DNA from: a virus
Lineage: Duplodnaviria; Heunggongvirae; Uroviricota; Caudoviricetes
Direction: 5' to 3' (one strand)
Virus record (IMG/VR): IMGVR_UViG_3300031718_000177
DNA: 64,000 nucleotides
In this document: positions 27,225 to 36,488 of the stretch, piece after piece
Layout of the letters: each line of letters starts with the position of its first letter
Position numbering within the stretch: position 1 is the first letter of the stretch
Program-made: the position numbers and the translations under genes
Notes under the pieces: generated by a model
Seen by the model: the letters and a program-made list of their open reading frames with translations, nothing else
What the model was told of the DNA's origin: nothing
Database searches by the model: none

Positions 27225-27836
27225 CTATTCCTTGGGTTCAGGGTAAGTGTAACAATTGTCGCTTGCAATTACCAAACCACGTTTGAGAAGGCGTCGTCGG
27301 ATGAAAGTTGCTTGTCTAGTGGTACGCGGGAATACCTCAAATCCTTTTGGTCCAATATGTAATCCCGCCCCACTATTTATGATAAAATTGGAGATAGCTT
27401 CAACTGAGTATCTGCTATCGTCAATTACATTCCCTATAAGGACACGATATTCCTTTTTGACTGACTTTTGATTCCCTATCGTTATATGAAAGCGACCGTG
27501 CCCGAAACGAGTAGGAGCTAGCCCTAACTCTATGCGAATGTCCTCTAACTCTCTGGAATAAGCATTAAGGAAAAAATACTTGATATCTGAGTAGATACGA
27601 GGCTCATACTTGAATGATATAACTTGTCCCTCGTACTTTCGCCAATACTGTGCTTTCTTGTCTGCGGCTATTTGCTCTTTACCATAGCGAATTACGGTAA
27701 TATGCGGCGAATAGCGTGTGCCGTCTACAGTAATCCATTTGGGTATAAGGCGGCGATAGTAGATTGCTAGGTCATCGGTCAAATTGGCAACTACATAGCT
27801 ATCGCTATATGCTAGGACGCCTCGTGAGGAATACAT
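27225..27836 (-). CDS. 2H phosphoesterase superfamily protein
   Basis: Two HxT motifs (PHITVI, FHITIG) about 70 aa apart. Confidence 0.8.
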   Translation of the reverse strand: MYSSRGVLAYSDSYVVANLTDDLAIYYRRLIPKWITVDGTRYSPHITVIRYGKEQIAADKKAQYWRKYEGQVISFKYEPRIYSDIKYFFLNAYSRELEDIRIELGLAPTRFGHGRFHITIGNQKSVKKEYRVLIGNVIDDSRYSVEAISNFIINSGAGLHIGPKGFEVFPRTTRQATFIRRRLLKRGLVIASDNCYTYPEPKE

Positions 27837-28225
27837 GCGTCGGGTTCTTCCGCAAGGCGTTCAGTGTTAGTAATTTTACCGTTTTCAACGGTTACTTTAT
27901 ACCACGCATTGCCGTGCTCAGGCATTGCGTAGAGTACAGGATTGTTTGCTTGTAACTTAATCCAACACTGTTGACCGAAGTGTTTCCTAACTATCGTAAT
28001 AAGGTCAATCTCTTTAGTGAGTCCCCTCAATTGACCGGCGTATCTAACAAGAGAGAGAAAATCTAGTTGATGGTCATAGCGTTTGTAGTTCGCACATAAT
28101 TCGGGCAACCGACGATGTTCCCCATCATACGGACAATCAGCACACGTTCCCCATACGCCATTCCTGGCAAAATGATGGAACGCTTCACGAACGAATGGGT
28201 CAAGTTTGTGATTCATGTTCGTCAT
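27812..28225 (-). CDS. Hypothetical protein
   Basis: ATG 11 nt after CTGTACT. Confidence 0.65.
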   Translation of the reverse strand: MTNMNHKLDPFVREAFHHFARNGVWGTCADCPYDGEHRRLPELCANYKRYDHQLDFLSLVRYAGQLRGLTKEIDLITIVRKHFGQQCWIKLQANNPVLYAMPEHGNAWYKVTVENGKITNTERLAEEPDACIPHEAS

Positions 28226-28595
28226 CGGGAATAACTAGTACAGTATTTTCCTCATAAGGACTAAACGGATGTTCCTCGTCACCTAATGCTTCTAAGTAGG
28301 CACCGTCAAAGCCGACCAATACTCCACTTTCCGTCTTGCGTATTTCAACGGGACATTCAAGGCACGTATCGGGGTCAATAACATTGACGATTGCTACATG
28401 CTTAGTATTCTCTCGATGTGGCTTGTATTGTTCTCGGATGATTTCAGCGATATGTTGGCGAGCGGCCATCATATCCGCTAATGAAAGCCTACATCCAGGG
28501 ATAAAACCTTCATGTAAACTATGCCCGATATTCATAGCAGCACGATAAGCCGGGTCTTCAATGGTATTAAGTGTTTCGTTTTCTTGGCGGGTCAT
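28200..28595 (-). CDS. Hypothetical protein
   Basis: Tiling ORF. Confidence 0.7.
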   Translation of the reverse strand: MTRQENETLNTIEDPAYRAAMNIGHSLHEGFIPGCRLSLADMMAARQHIAEIIREQYKPHRENTKHVAIVNVIDPDTCLECPVEIRKTESGVLVGFDGAYLEALGDEEHPFSPYEENTVLVIPDDEHESQT

Positions 28596-28633
28596 TTTTC
28601 ACCTTCATTCTAGTGAAGTATCGAATCCCATAA

Positions 28634-28870
28634 CTACCCGTCAATCATGGCGATAACTTCAATAAAAGTATTATATTGGTGTGTTAGGGCAAAATATCGC
28701 CAACGGAAATTGTCCTTCATATCGGCAGATTCTTCTTCTGGCAAAGAATCATATTCCTTAGCAATCTCTTCCATGCGTTTCTGGGTCGCATCCCGTTTCT
28801 TACAAATAGCTTCTCGGAGTTGTTTGAGTTGCATCCTAATCCTCATCTCGCTTGGTTCTAAGGGCAACAT
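28634..28870 (-). CDS. Coiled-coil hypothetical protein
   Basis: Heptad-like composition. Confidence 0.6.
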   Translation of the reverse strand: MLPLEPSEMRIRMQLKQLREAICKKRDATQKRMEEIAKEYDSLPEEESADMKDNFRWRYFALTHQYNTFIEVIAMIDG

Positions 28871-28957
28871 CTACCACACAGAGAAATAACACTGCAAATC
28901 CAAGTAGAGCATGCACACTGAACGCAGTGATGATTACAGCAAGCCAAAGCAACATTT

Positions 28958-29191
28958 TCAATCCTTTAATTCTTTTGGAGGCCGAATAGAGAAGTTGATA
29001 TAGCTAGGATAAAGCATCAATTGATTGAGTTTTTCCGGCGTTATCATTTGCCCAATGACTAGACAGATTGTATTTTGGCAACTCTCAACTCTGTAAACAA
29101 GTTTTGAGTTGTCCGCAAGGTTCTCTTCCTTCGTCGGATCGAACTTCGGATTGTTGCACTGGGAGACAACAATGAGTCTTTGACGCGGCAT
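28958..29191 (-). CDS. Hypothetical protein
   Basis: Tiling ORF. Confidence 0.6.
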   Translation of the reverse strand: MPRQRLIVVSQCNNPKFDPTKEENLADNSKLVYRVESCQNTICLVIGQMITPEKLNQLMLYPSYINFSIRPPKELKD

Positions 29192-29194
29192 GAT

Positions 29195-29428
29195 TTATTC
29201 CTTAATCACTTCAATCGTATTGAGATTATTAGTGTCGCCTATCCACAAATCAACATCGTGGGCATAATGACAGCAAACTACCTTTTTGCCTCTTGCTTTC
29301 CTAAAACAATAGGTCGGGGCCTTGTAGTACAGTCCCATTGAGACTCGATACTTTTGTCCGTCTTCAAGCCCTTTAAGCATGACAAAGCCATGCACAAGGA
29401 TAATGGAACCGACTTTAAGTTTCGTCAT
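29195..29428 (-). CDS. Hypothetical protein
   Basis: Tiling ORF. Confidence 0.65.
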   Translation of the reverse strand: MTKLKVGSIILVHGFVMLKGLEDGQKYRVSMGLYYKAPTYCFRKARGKKVVCCHYAHDVDLWIGDTNNLNTIEVIKE

Positions 29429-30020
29429 TTGCTACACCTAGCAAATTGCGAACGGCCGTTTCCTTGTTTGCTTCCCGAATAGCGTTGAGCATCACTTGTT
29501 CCATCTCCACTCTTTGTCGCTCGCTTGCTAGTTCGATAGCTCTCTTCATCATTATTTTCTCTTTTGCTTTCTCGATCTTCGCTCTAACGTCGTCATATAC
29601 TCCATCAATCATAGCGACGATCATTTCGGCGAAATCGCGTCTCTTGGTATAGTCAATGATTTTGCTCATAATGCCAAGGCGAGACATGCCGTGATCGGGA
29701 GCATGTTTAACTCGCTTCACTCGCGGATCAAGTACATTGATCGCACGACCACGAAAGCGAACTTCCTGTATAGTGTCGGGAACATGGAAACTATAATTCC
29801 CAGTCCGCATCGAACGGTGAACCTTATATATTTCCTTTTCCCCATTTGCGCACACATAGCACAAATGGACAGCCACCCATCCGTTTATTGCCTTCAAGCT
29901 AATAAAGTTAGGTTCTGGGCCACTATCGTCCAATAGTGTATGGCAGAACTTAACAGGAACTTCAATCCGTTCCTTTTTGATTGTCTTATATTGCGGTTCG
30001 ATTGACCAACCTGGGGTCAT
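29415..30020 (-). CDS. Hypothetical protein with C-terminal coiled coil
   Basis: Tiling ORF. Confidence 0.7.
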   Translation of the reverse strand: MTPGWSIEPQYKTIKKERIEVPVKFCHTLLDDSGPEPNFISLKAINGWVAVHLCYVCANGEKEIYKVHRSMRTGNYSFHVPDTIQEVRFRGRAINVLDPRVKRVKHAPDHGMSRLGIMSKIIDYTKRRDFAEMIVAMIDGVYDDVRAKIEKAKEKIMMKRAIELASERQRVEMEQVMLNAIREANKETAVRNLLGVANDET

Positions 30021-30032
30021 TGTAAGTTTCCT

Positions 30033-30263
30033 TTAGCAAGAACGTAGTAAAACTTTAGAGTTTACTGGGGGTGAAATGAATTGCTCGCGAAACTCTGTAT
30101 ATTGTTCGTGTAGCTCACGGTATATCGAGTCGTTCCCTCGTTGCTTAAAAGTAGTAAGCAAACGGTCTACCAACTCAGGTGTAAGGTCGCCAGGAGCAAC
30201 AAAGTCAAGCTGATAGAATAGCCACCAAGCGAGTAATTCTTGTTCGGTTGGGATTCCCTTCAT
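30033..30263 (-). CDS. Hypothetical protein
   Basis: Tiling ORF. Confidence 0.6.
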   Translation of the reverse strand: MKGIPTEQELLAWWLFYQLDFVAPGDLTPELVDRLLTTFKQRGNDSIYRELHEQYTEFREQFISPPVNSKVLLRSC

Positions 30264-30496
30264 TGTATAACCTCTCGCCGGAACTCCATAGCTGACTTGA
30301 TGGTGATTTGCCTGCCAGTATCCAGATTAGTACAGGCGTAATGAGTCGTAGCATTAGAATGATGAAGTCCCTGTCCTCTCCATCCCTCATGCTTTACAAT
30401 CTCATCTACGCGGACATTACACACTTGTCCGCTAACTTTCGCACGATAAACCTTGCCTTCGACGATTTCATTTTGGAGCATGGTTAGTCTTACCAT
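30260..30496 (-). CDS. Small beta-barrel protein (Y.AKVSG..V.VR.D...TNL.TG..I.IKSA)
   Basis: Pattern recalled from planctomycete prophage-type proteins. Confidence 0.65.
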   Translation of the reverse strand: MVRLTMLQNEIVEGKVYRAKVSGQVCNVRVDEIVKHEGWRGQGLHHSNATTHYACTNLDTGRQITIKSAMEFRREVIQ

Positions 30497-30852
30497 TCAG
30501 GAGGAATGTAGTCGGGATCGAGTTTCTTGACTTCCGCGAGTATCTTTTTCTTATAGTCACTTACAATCCCGTCCAGTACACCAAATAATTTGCTCCACTT
30601 TTCCTCAACAATTTTTTCGGCATGTTGGTAATAATGCCATTGTAAGTTTGCTTCAAGTCGTTCGATAAATCCGTTAAAATCCATTTCCTCACCATTGATT
30701 GTTAGCGTAATCTCTAATGGGTGAGCGAAAAGTTTCTCTTGTAATTTGTCCTTTTCTTCCCTTGACTTATCGGTTCCATTGATAGCTTTCGTAATCATAG
30801 CGATAACCGCCCATTGACCAAACTCGGAAAGTTTGTTGTAATTGATTTTCAT
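30490..30852 (-). CDS. Hypothetical protein
   Basis: Tiling ORF. Confidence 0.7.
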   Translation of the reverse strand: MKINYNKLSEFGQWAVIAMITKAINGTDKSREEKDKLQEKLFAHPLEITLTINGEEMDFNGFIERLEANLQWHYYQHAEKIVEEKWSKLFGVLDGIVSDYKKKILAEVKKLDPDYIPPEW

Positions 30853-30885
30853 GGTTTTTGGCGTTCCTTGGAAGGGAGGTCAAGG

Positions 30886-31260
30886 TTAAGAAGCGACACT
30901 TTCCTCATGCTCCTTAGCAAGTTCATCTAGTGCGATTTGCTCTAGTACAGTATCGGCAAAATGGTAGCTGAGACATTTCACCAACTCATATACGATAACG
31001 AAAAAAGAAGTTGATTCCTCAAGATCACCAACATCCACATCGTCAGGCTCCATACTATTTCGCCCTGGCCTGTATTCGGCTACACTCAACTTATAGCCCG
31101 GCACTTTAACTACTCTGCCGATAGAGGGTCTATCAACCCCTATTTGTTCGATAGTAAATGCGTCAACGACTAGACAACTATTTTCAAGCCGCACCGGAGG
31201 CGGGTTCTTAAAGATTTTGAGAGCTTCTTCTAGGATATGCTGTTCATTGTTAGCGAACAT
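30886..31260 (-). CDS. Hypothetical protein
   Basis: Tiling ORF. Confidence 0.7.
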   Translation of the reverse strand: MFANNEQHILEEALKIFKNPPPVRLENSCLVVDAFTIEQIGVDRPSIGRVVKVPGYKLSVAEYRPGRNSMEPDDVDVGDLEESTSFFVIVYELVKCLSYHFADTVLEQIALDELAKEHEESVAS

Positions 31261-31319
31261 TAGTTTTCTTCGTCAGCTTGTTCTTGTAGGAACCTCTCGC
31301 ATGATGCATTCTAGTACAA

Positions 31320-31541
31320 TTATTCCTCGATTTCACCACTCAGCGTCAGGAGATTGAGAAGAGTCGTTGCCTCAAACTCAAGTTGCTGTTGAAACACCGA
31401 TATCAAACCTTCAACATTACTTGCTGCTGCAACATGGACCGCCCCATCTTCCAGATAACAACCACTCCCCTTCAAGCGAGCAACTTGGAGAGCACAATCA
31501 ACTATTCTTGCTCTCGCACTATTTCTTTGTTGTTTGTTCAT
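31320..31541 (-). CDS. Hypothetical protein
   Basis: Tiling ORF. Confidence 0.6.
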   Translation of the reverse strand: MNKQQRNSARARIVDCALQVARLKGSGCYLEDGAVHVAAASNVEGLISVFQQQLEFEATTLLNLLTLSGEIEE

Positions 31542-31559
31542 TGTTTTCTCTAATTTTCT

Positions 31560-31895
31560 CTAAACCTCTGCGAGATATTTTTCGGGGTGTCTTAGGAAAT
31601 CTGTTTGGTCGCGTCTGTTGCCGACGAACAATCCCCATTTACCTTTACGTTGGTGTGCATTGGAGATCATGTAACAATTATGCGATAGATGCTTATTCTC
31701 CGACGCCGCTTTAAGCAACGCCATCGCTTGCTCATTAGTTAAGTTAAACTCGATACAGGCGAATCTAGTGAGAACAACTTTTCGTTGTCGTTTCATGCTA
31801 CAACCTTTTCGTCGTCGTTTCATGCTACAACCGGACAACTGAAGTTTGCAGGGGCGTATTTTTTCCATAACTCGCGTACTTTCATAGGATCGCAT
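31560..31895 (-). CDS. Basic hypothetical protein with 9-aa duplication
   Basis: GCSMKRRRK/GCSMKRQRK. Confidence 0.6.
   Translation of the reverse strand: MRSYESTRVMEKIRPCKLQLSGCSMKRRRKGCSMKRQRKVVLTRFACIEFNLTNEQAMALLKAASENKHLSHNCYMISNAHQRKGKWGLFVGNRRDQTDFLRHPEKYLAEV
31779..31832. repeat. 27-nt tandem duplication (1 mismatch)
   Basis: ttttcgtYgtcgtttcatgctacaacc x2. Confidence 0.9.
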
Positions 31896-32006
31896 TCAGC
31901 CATAAGTTCGTGGATAACTTTCAGGTGAGCACTACCAGAAAGCCAAACACTATGGTCATCGCTCATTGCGTAATACCAATCGTGTCCTTTTAATTCTTGT
32001 TCGAGT

Positions 32007-32495
32007 TCATCTAAATCTCTTTAACCATGCATGGGATTTCTTAGGAACATGAGCATTCATGCGAGCCGCAGCTAATACTCTGCCACCACATTTGCCGAAG
32101 TTGTTAGCAATCCATTCTGGATTGTTGATTATGTCCCCAACTCCTGCATCGGGATTGTTTCGCAGGATGCGTGTAGCAAGTACAATCTTTTCGTTCATTA
32201 AATCCTGATTAGCTACGCTATCTTGTTCGCCTTCCTTCTCAATACTCACGATTTCGATACCACAAGTGACATTGTTGTCAATGAGACGTTCGCAGAACTT
32301 GGTAAAATTATAGCGATTGTGAAAGCCAATATAATCAGCAAGGCAGGATGTGGGGTCGCTAGGGTCTGATACAGGAGGATGACCTAATATCCTTTCGTAT
32401 TCCTCTGCTGAATGAAACCACCCTAGTCCGCCAAGAAGCTCTTTAATACTTTCATCGGACACCCCTACGGCGTTAAAGACGACTTTGATTAACAT
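32007..32495 (-). CDS. Hypothetical protein
   Basis: Tiling ORF. Confidence 0.7.
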   Translation of the reverse strand: MLIKVVFNAVGVSDESIKELLGGLGWFHSAEEYERILGHPPVSDPSDPTSCLADYIGFHNRYNFTKFCERLIDNNVTCGIEIVSIEKEGEQDSVANQDLMNEKIVLATRILRNNPDAGVGDIINNPEWIANNFGKCGGRVLAAARMNAHVPKKSHAWLKRFR

Positions 32496-32504
32496 TAGAA
32501 CACC

Positions 32505-32816
32505 TTACTGAAGTTCGCCTAAGAGAAGCTGAACCCAATTACACAGATCGTAGACAAGGCGATGCGGCTTATCTGCCCATTCGTCAGCAAGCGGCCCGAT
32601 ATCACTAGGGGCATTGCGATAATCGTCAAGCGTCTGCCCCTGATATATATTTGTAGGCGGTCGTTGGTTTTTTTCTCTTAATTCGGTAAGTCGCTGGGTG
32701 ATAACTATATCTACCTCGTCAGCATGGTCAAGTAGTTGAACGATAAGGACTTCATGCGGGAGTAATGGATCAGGAATAGATTGACGAACCTTTTTTCTAA
32801 AATCTTTAGAGAGCAT
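32505..32816 (-). CDS. Hypothetical protein
   Basis: Tiling ORF. Confidence 0.7.
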   Translation of the reverse strand: MLSKDFRKKVRQSIPDPLLPHEVLIVQLLDHADEVDIVITQRLTELREKNQRPPTNIYQGQTLDDYRNAPSDIGPLADEWADKPHRLVYDLCNWVQLLLGELQ

Positions 32817-33178
32817 TATTTCTTATACCTTGCCTCAAGGATTTCATATGCAGCTTGAATTTGCTTAAAGTCATCCACAGTGAGTTTTTCTTCAGGATGA
32901 TTCGCTTGCCAATCAGGATGACTATGAGCAGCAAGTTTCTTATATGCCTTGCGAATCTCGTGCCAAGTAGCGTCTCTACTCACGCCTAGAATTGTCCAGG
33001 GGTCTAAATCCTTTAGTACACGCTTGGCTTCGTCGAGACCTAGACGAGTACGGAAAGCAGCGTTCCACTGTTCGGGATTCCCGTATCCTTCCACGCTAGG
33101 ATCGTATTGCCTATCGGGACGGTTATACATATCCATAAAAGCCGGCTTGGGCTTATTGGGGTCGCGACGATGAGGCAT
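32816..33178 (-). CDS. J-domain (DnaJ-like) protein
   Basis: DPWTILGVSRDATWHEIRKAYKKLAAHSHPD...FKQIQAAYEIL with HPD. Confidence 0.9.
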   Translation of the reverse strand: MPHRRDPNKPKPAFMDMYNRPDRQYDPSVEGYGNPEQWNAAFRTRLGLDEAKRVLKDLDPWTILGVSRDATWHEIRKAYKKLAAHSHPDWQANHPEEKLTVDDFKQIQAAYEILEARYKK

Positions 33179-33192
33179 GATGGCATTCCTGC

Positions 33193-33555
33193 TTAGTCTA
33201 TGACGTTTCGGTAGTTGTAACCAAGAGGGATTTGTTCGGGGTTTCCTATAAACTCAATATCAATGCCACACTTCTCGAATACACTAATAGCATCTACTCT
33301 AGCCAAGTCAAACAGAGCGGCATCTGCTGTATCTCTAAGTGGAGCATACCGAATCATGCGTAAAACAGTATTGTTAAACTCTCCGACATACCTGCTAGTT
33401 ATGTTGCAATGGGCAAAATTATCCTCATCCCCAAACACTTGCCCCATCAAACACCCACAACCATCGCTGCGACAGTAGCTAAAAATTAGCTTAGCGTAGT
33501 CAACACTCGCTTTCATCGTTGTGTAATCAATCGTCCCCTTCATTTGTGTTCTCAC
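33193..33555 (-). CDS. Hypothetical protein
   Basis: Tiling ORF. Confidence 0.65.
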   Translation of the reverse strand: MRTQMKGTIDYTTMKASVDYAKLIFSYCRSDGCGCLMGQVFGDEDNFAHCNITSRYVGEFNNTVLRMIRYAPLRDTADAALFDLARVDAISVFEKCGIDIEFIGNPEQIPLGYNYRNVID

Positions 33556-33845
33556 ATATTATTAGGAGGATCGGGAAGGGTAGCGGGCATGAACTTTCCT
33601 ACATAACCCGCTCGTTGATTTTCCTTGTCGAACTTAGTATTATTCATAAACTGCCCTTCGCAAATACCTAGCAGACCATTGACACACCTTCTAACTTGTA
33701 TAAGGTGCATCTCAAGTCGTGGTTTTACACAGTTTTTATCACCGTCGTCATAGTAGCAACAATTCATATTTCCGAAAGTGGGCTGTCCATAAAACCAGTA
33801 ATTACCCGGCTTGGTAGGAAACTCCGTTGACCAAAGGTTAGTCAT
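33552..33845 (-). CDS. Hypothetical protein (PTKPGNYWF)
   Basis: Tiling ORF. Confidence 0.65.
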   Translation of the reverse strand: MTNLWSTEFPTKPGNYWFYGQPTFGNMNCCYYDDGDKNCVKPRLEMHLIQVRRCVNGLLGICEGQFMNNTKFDKENQRAGYVGKFMPATLPDPPNNM

Positions 33846-34101
33846 TAGATTTCAATGTAACTTCGTGGGGCGTCTCGTAACAGGGGAGTGAGAGAGATTG
33901 AAGATGCTTACAGTAACGGCGTGTCCGGTAACTTGGACAACTACAACCGAAGTGTCGCTTCGTTTTGTGCTGGGCAATGATATAAACGCGACCACTTGTT
34001 TCAGAATGGATAGAGAAGCGATTTTGCCACTGAGCATTATCGGGCAGGTGTTCGCTCCCTGGCGGAATGTGTAAAATGGGAAGGTTTTTTTCGTTGCTCA
34101 T
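33838..34101 (-). CDS. SWIM zinc-finger protein
   Basis: FGCSCPSYRTRRYCKHL (CxC...CxH). Confidence 0.85.
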   Translation of the reverse strand: MSNEKNLPILHIPPGSEHLPDNAQWQNRFSIHSETSGRVYIIAQHKTKRHFGCSCPSYRTRRYCKHLQSLSLPCYETPHEVTLKSND

Positions 34102-34148
34102 CGTTTTTTCTCCTGCGAAAACCAGTACAGTTTTACTCGATTAAAAGG

Positions 34149-34853
34149 ATGGAAAAGGTCACAAAACCAACAACAGAAACGGAAAGAGTTTGCAAGACTT
34201 GTAATAAGACCAAAGCGATAAGTTGTTTCGGGCGAAAGAAGGTCTATAACGGCAAAGAATATCGCAGTTACGATTGCTCTGCTTGTCAATCTCGACAATA
34301 TCGGAGTAATCCAGAACGCAGACAACGATGCCGAGATACTCAAAAAAGATGTCGTGCAAAATATGATAAGGACACAATAAGAAAACAATTATTTCAACAT
34401 ATAGGTCAAGATCGTTGTTTCCATTGCGGGATAACCGATGTAAGAGTATTACATTTCCATCATCGCGACCCATCTACAAAAGAATTCAATATCAAATGGG
34501 GCTTCACCCACTATATGCCGCTCAAATCACTTATACCAGAAGCCGAGAAGTGCGACATATTATGTTCTAACTGCCACTTAAAAGTTCATAAAGGTAATAG
34601 CAAGCCGGCTCAATATCGTCTTCGTAAAAAAGTTGAGTTGCTTACAACTGTCGGACAAACCAAATGTCTGTATTGTGGAAATGATGATCCAGAATGCTTA
34701 GTTTTCCACCACAAGCGAGACAAACAATTCATTATTTCAGCGAGACTACATCGCCCAGTAGAAGAACTTCTCGATGAAGCAATGAAGTGCGACGTGTTAT
34801 GTTGTAATTGCCATATGATAGTTCACGCTAACCTGCTTTTTTACGCGAGATAG
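34149..34853 (+). CDS. Tandem HNH endonuclease-like protein
   Basis: Two CxxC...FHH...CDxLCxNCHxxVH units plus N-terminal CxxC...CxxC; AAAAGG RBS; only convincing plus-strand gene. Confidence 0.8.
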   Translation: MEKVTKPTTETERVCKTCNKTKAISCFGRKKVYNGKEYRSYDCSACQSRQYRSNPERRQRCRDTQKRCRAKYDKDTIRKQLFQHIGQDRCFHCGITDVRVLHFHHRDPSTKEFNIKWGFTHYMPLKSLIPEAEKCDILCSNCHLKVHKGNSKPAQYRLRKKVELLTTVGQTKCLYCGNDDPECLVFHHKRDKQFIISARLHRPVEELLDEAMKCDVLCCNCHMIVHANLLFYAR

Positions 34854-35508
34854 CCATAAGACCACTATACGAATGCTCGTCAGTCCACTTCCGTTCTGTA
34901 TAATTGTAAGTTTCCATAGTTTCCTTATCTTTCTGGCTCATCTGTCGCACGCACCAGCCATGCCAACCCACAACGATAGCAAGCGGCTTTATAGCTTCGA
35001 TAACGCGACACTCAAAATCTTGTTCGGCATCGCCTGTCATCGGAGAATAAAAATAGATGACATCAAACTTACCATAATGCCGAAACTTTAAGGCATCACC
35101 CCAAACAACTTTCGGGAAGTCGGCTAGTAAGTCGCTATTAGCTTCTACCTTTGTAAGTCCCATTCCGAGCGATATATCAATATACTCTGAGTTGATTTCA
35201 AGACCACAGCTACGGAAACCCATTGATTGGGCTATCATCACTTTATCACCAAAGGCACTTCCTACCTCAAGAAAAGTAGCATTTTTGGGTGCGTACTTTT
35301 TAACTATCTTCATCATTTCCACAAACTTGTCGTTGCCGTAAGGAATACGCGGATAACAATACTCGTTCTGGTATTTACGTCTATTGTATGCTTCTGGACG
35401 GTGCGGCATAACTCTCTTAATGTCGCTTTCTTCATACATCCCGTGTATACGATGCTTTGCTTCTAAATCGCATAGCTTCTTTTGAATTTTTTGGATGGCG
35501 TTCATCAT
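34828..35508 (-). CDS. Class I SAM-dependent methyltransferase
   Basis: FLEVGSAFG, GLEIN, WGDAL, FDVIYFYSP motifs. Confidence 0.85.
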   Translation of the reverse strand: MMNAIQKIQKKLCDLEAKHRIHGMYEESDIKRVMPHRPEAYNRRKYQNEYCYPRIPYGNDKFVEMMKIVKKYAPKNATFLEVGSAFGDKVMIAQSMGFRSCGLEINSEYIDISLGMGLTKVEANSDLLADFPKVVWGDALKFRHYGKFDVIYFYSPMTGDAEQDFECRVIEAIKPLAIVVGWHGWCVRQMSQKDKETMETYNYTERKWTDEHSYSGLMAISRKKAG

Positions 35509-35771
35509 AGTTCTTCCTTCACCTTATTGAAGAGCGGCTCACAAGGATTATCTACATAAATAGAACGGCAACGTAAAGCTCGGTGCATCTTTTCCACCTT
35601 GTTAGCGTGTTGTAAAATCATATCTCGGAATATTGGGGAGAGTAGTAATTCTCTTTTCTCGCCAAAGATTTCTCGAACTATTCCCGTGAACATATCAAGT
35701 TCGTTGTGAAAATCTTTGATAAACTTCTGGTCTTCATCGTTAAAATCAATAGTGACACGCTGTTTAGGCAT
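35505..35771 (-). CDS. Hypothetical protein
   Basis: Tiling ORF. Confidence 0.65.
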   Translation of the reverse strand: MPKQRVTIDFNDEDQKFIKDFHNELDMFTGIVREIFGEKRELLLSPIFRDMILQHANKVEKMHRALRCRSIYVDNPCEPLFNKVKEEL

Positions 35772-36114
35772 CGCACAAACCCTTTAGCAATCCTAACTTG
35801 TTGGCTTCGTCTAATGTTAAGCGAAACTCCTCAGAACTATCCATTTGACCTTCACTGATTGCCCAATCGTTGATACCACGCATTTCGCAAAACTTGATCC
35901 ATACACCTTTATCCAACAAAGCACTAGCAGTAAGTATGATTTTGGGTTGGTTGGCTACCCGTTGTTGCTCAATTATTTCGTCTCTTTGGCTCCGACATAG
36001 TTTCGCGTGGAGTTCAACATCACGAGGGCCAGTTGCATCTTCGTTTCTAGAGCATCTATACCATTCTTCAATAATATCAAGTTCTTCGTTAGTGAGTTCG
36101 AGTTTCATATACAA
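35764..36114 (-). CDS. Hypothetical protein
   Basis: Tiling ORF. Confidence 0.7.
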   Translation of the reverse strand: MYMKLELTNEELDIIEEWYRCSRNEDATGPRDVELHAKLCRSQRDEIIEQQRVANQPKIILTASALLDKGVWIKFCEMRGINDWAISEGQMDSSEEFRLTLDEANKLGLLKGLCDA

Positions 36115-36118
36115 CCTT

Positions 36119-36445
36119 TCATTCTACAATCACTTTCTTTCTCTCTTGGACATAATCGTAATAATTTGTCCAAAAGCCGATGTCTTTCATGTACATATCG
36201 AAATTTTCTTCAATATGTAATTTAAGGAATGTATCCCAATCCTCAGGATTAACATCTATCAAATGAATGGTATGGCCGATCCAGCTAGAGTGTCCCTGCA
36301 TCACTTCCAGTGTTTCAATTACAACAATACAGTCTAACAAACGCTCGATCTGAACAGGTGTTAAATCACGGGCAGCGTAAGTCTGACAATTCGTAGACTT
36401 GTTTTTCCTTCCCTGGATTACAGCTTTGGTTAGCAAATGTCCCAT
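36119..36445 (-). CDS. Hypothetical protein
   Basis: Tiling ORF. Confidence 0.65.
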   Translation of the reverse strand: MGHLLTKAVIQGRKNKSTNCQTYAARDLTPVQIERLLDCIVVIETLEVMQGHSSWIGHTIHLIDVNPEDWDTFLKLHIEENFDMYMKDIGFWTNYYDYVQERKKVIVE

Positions 36446-36488
36446 AACTACCTTAGAGAAAAATGCGGCATTGAAATTGGGAAAAGCA

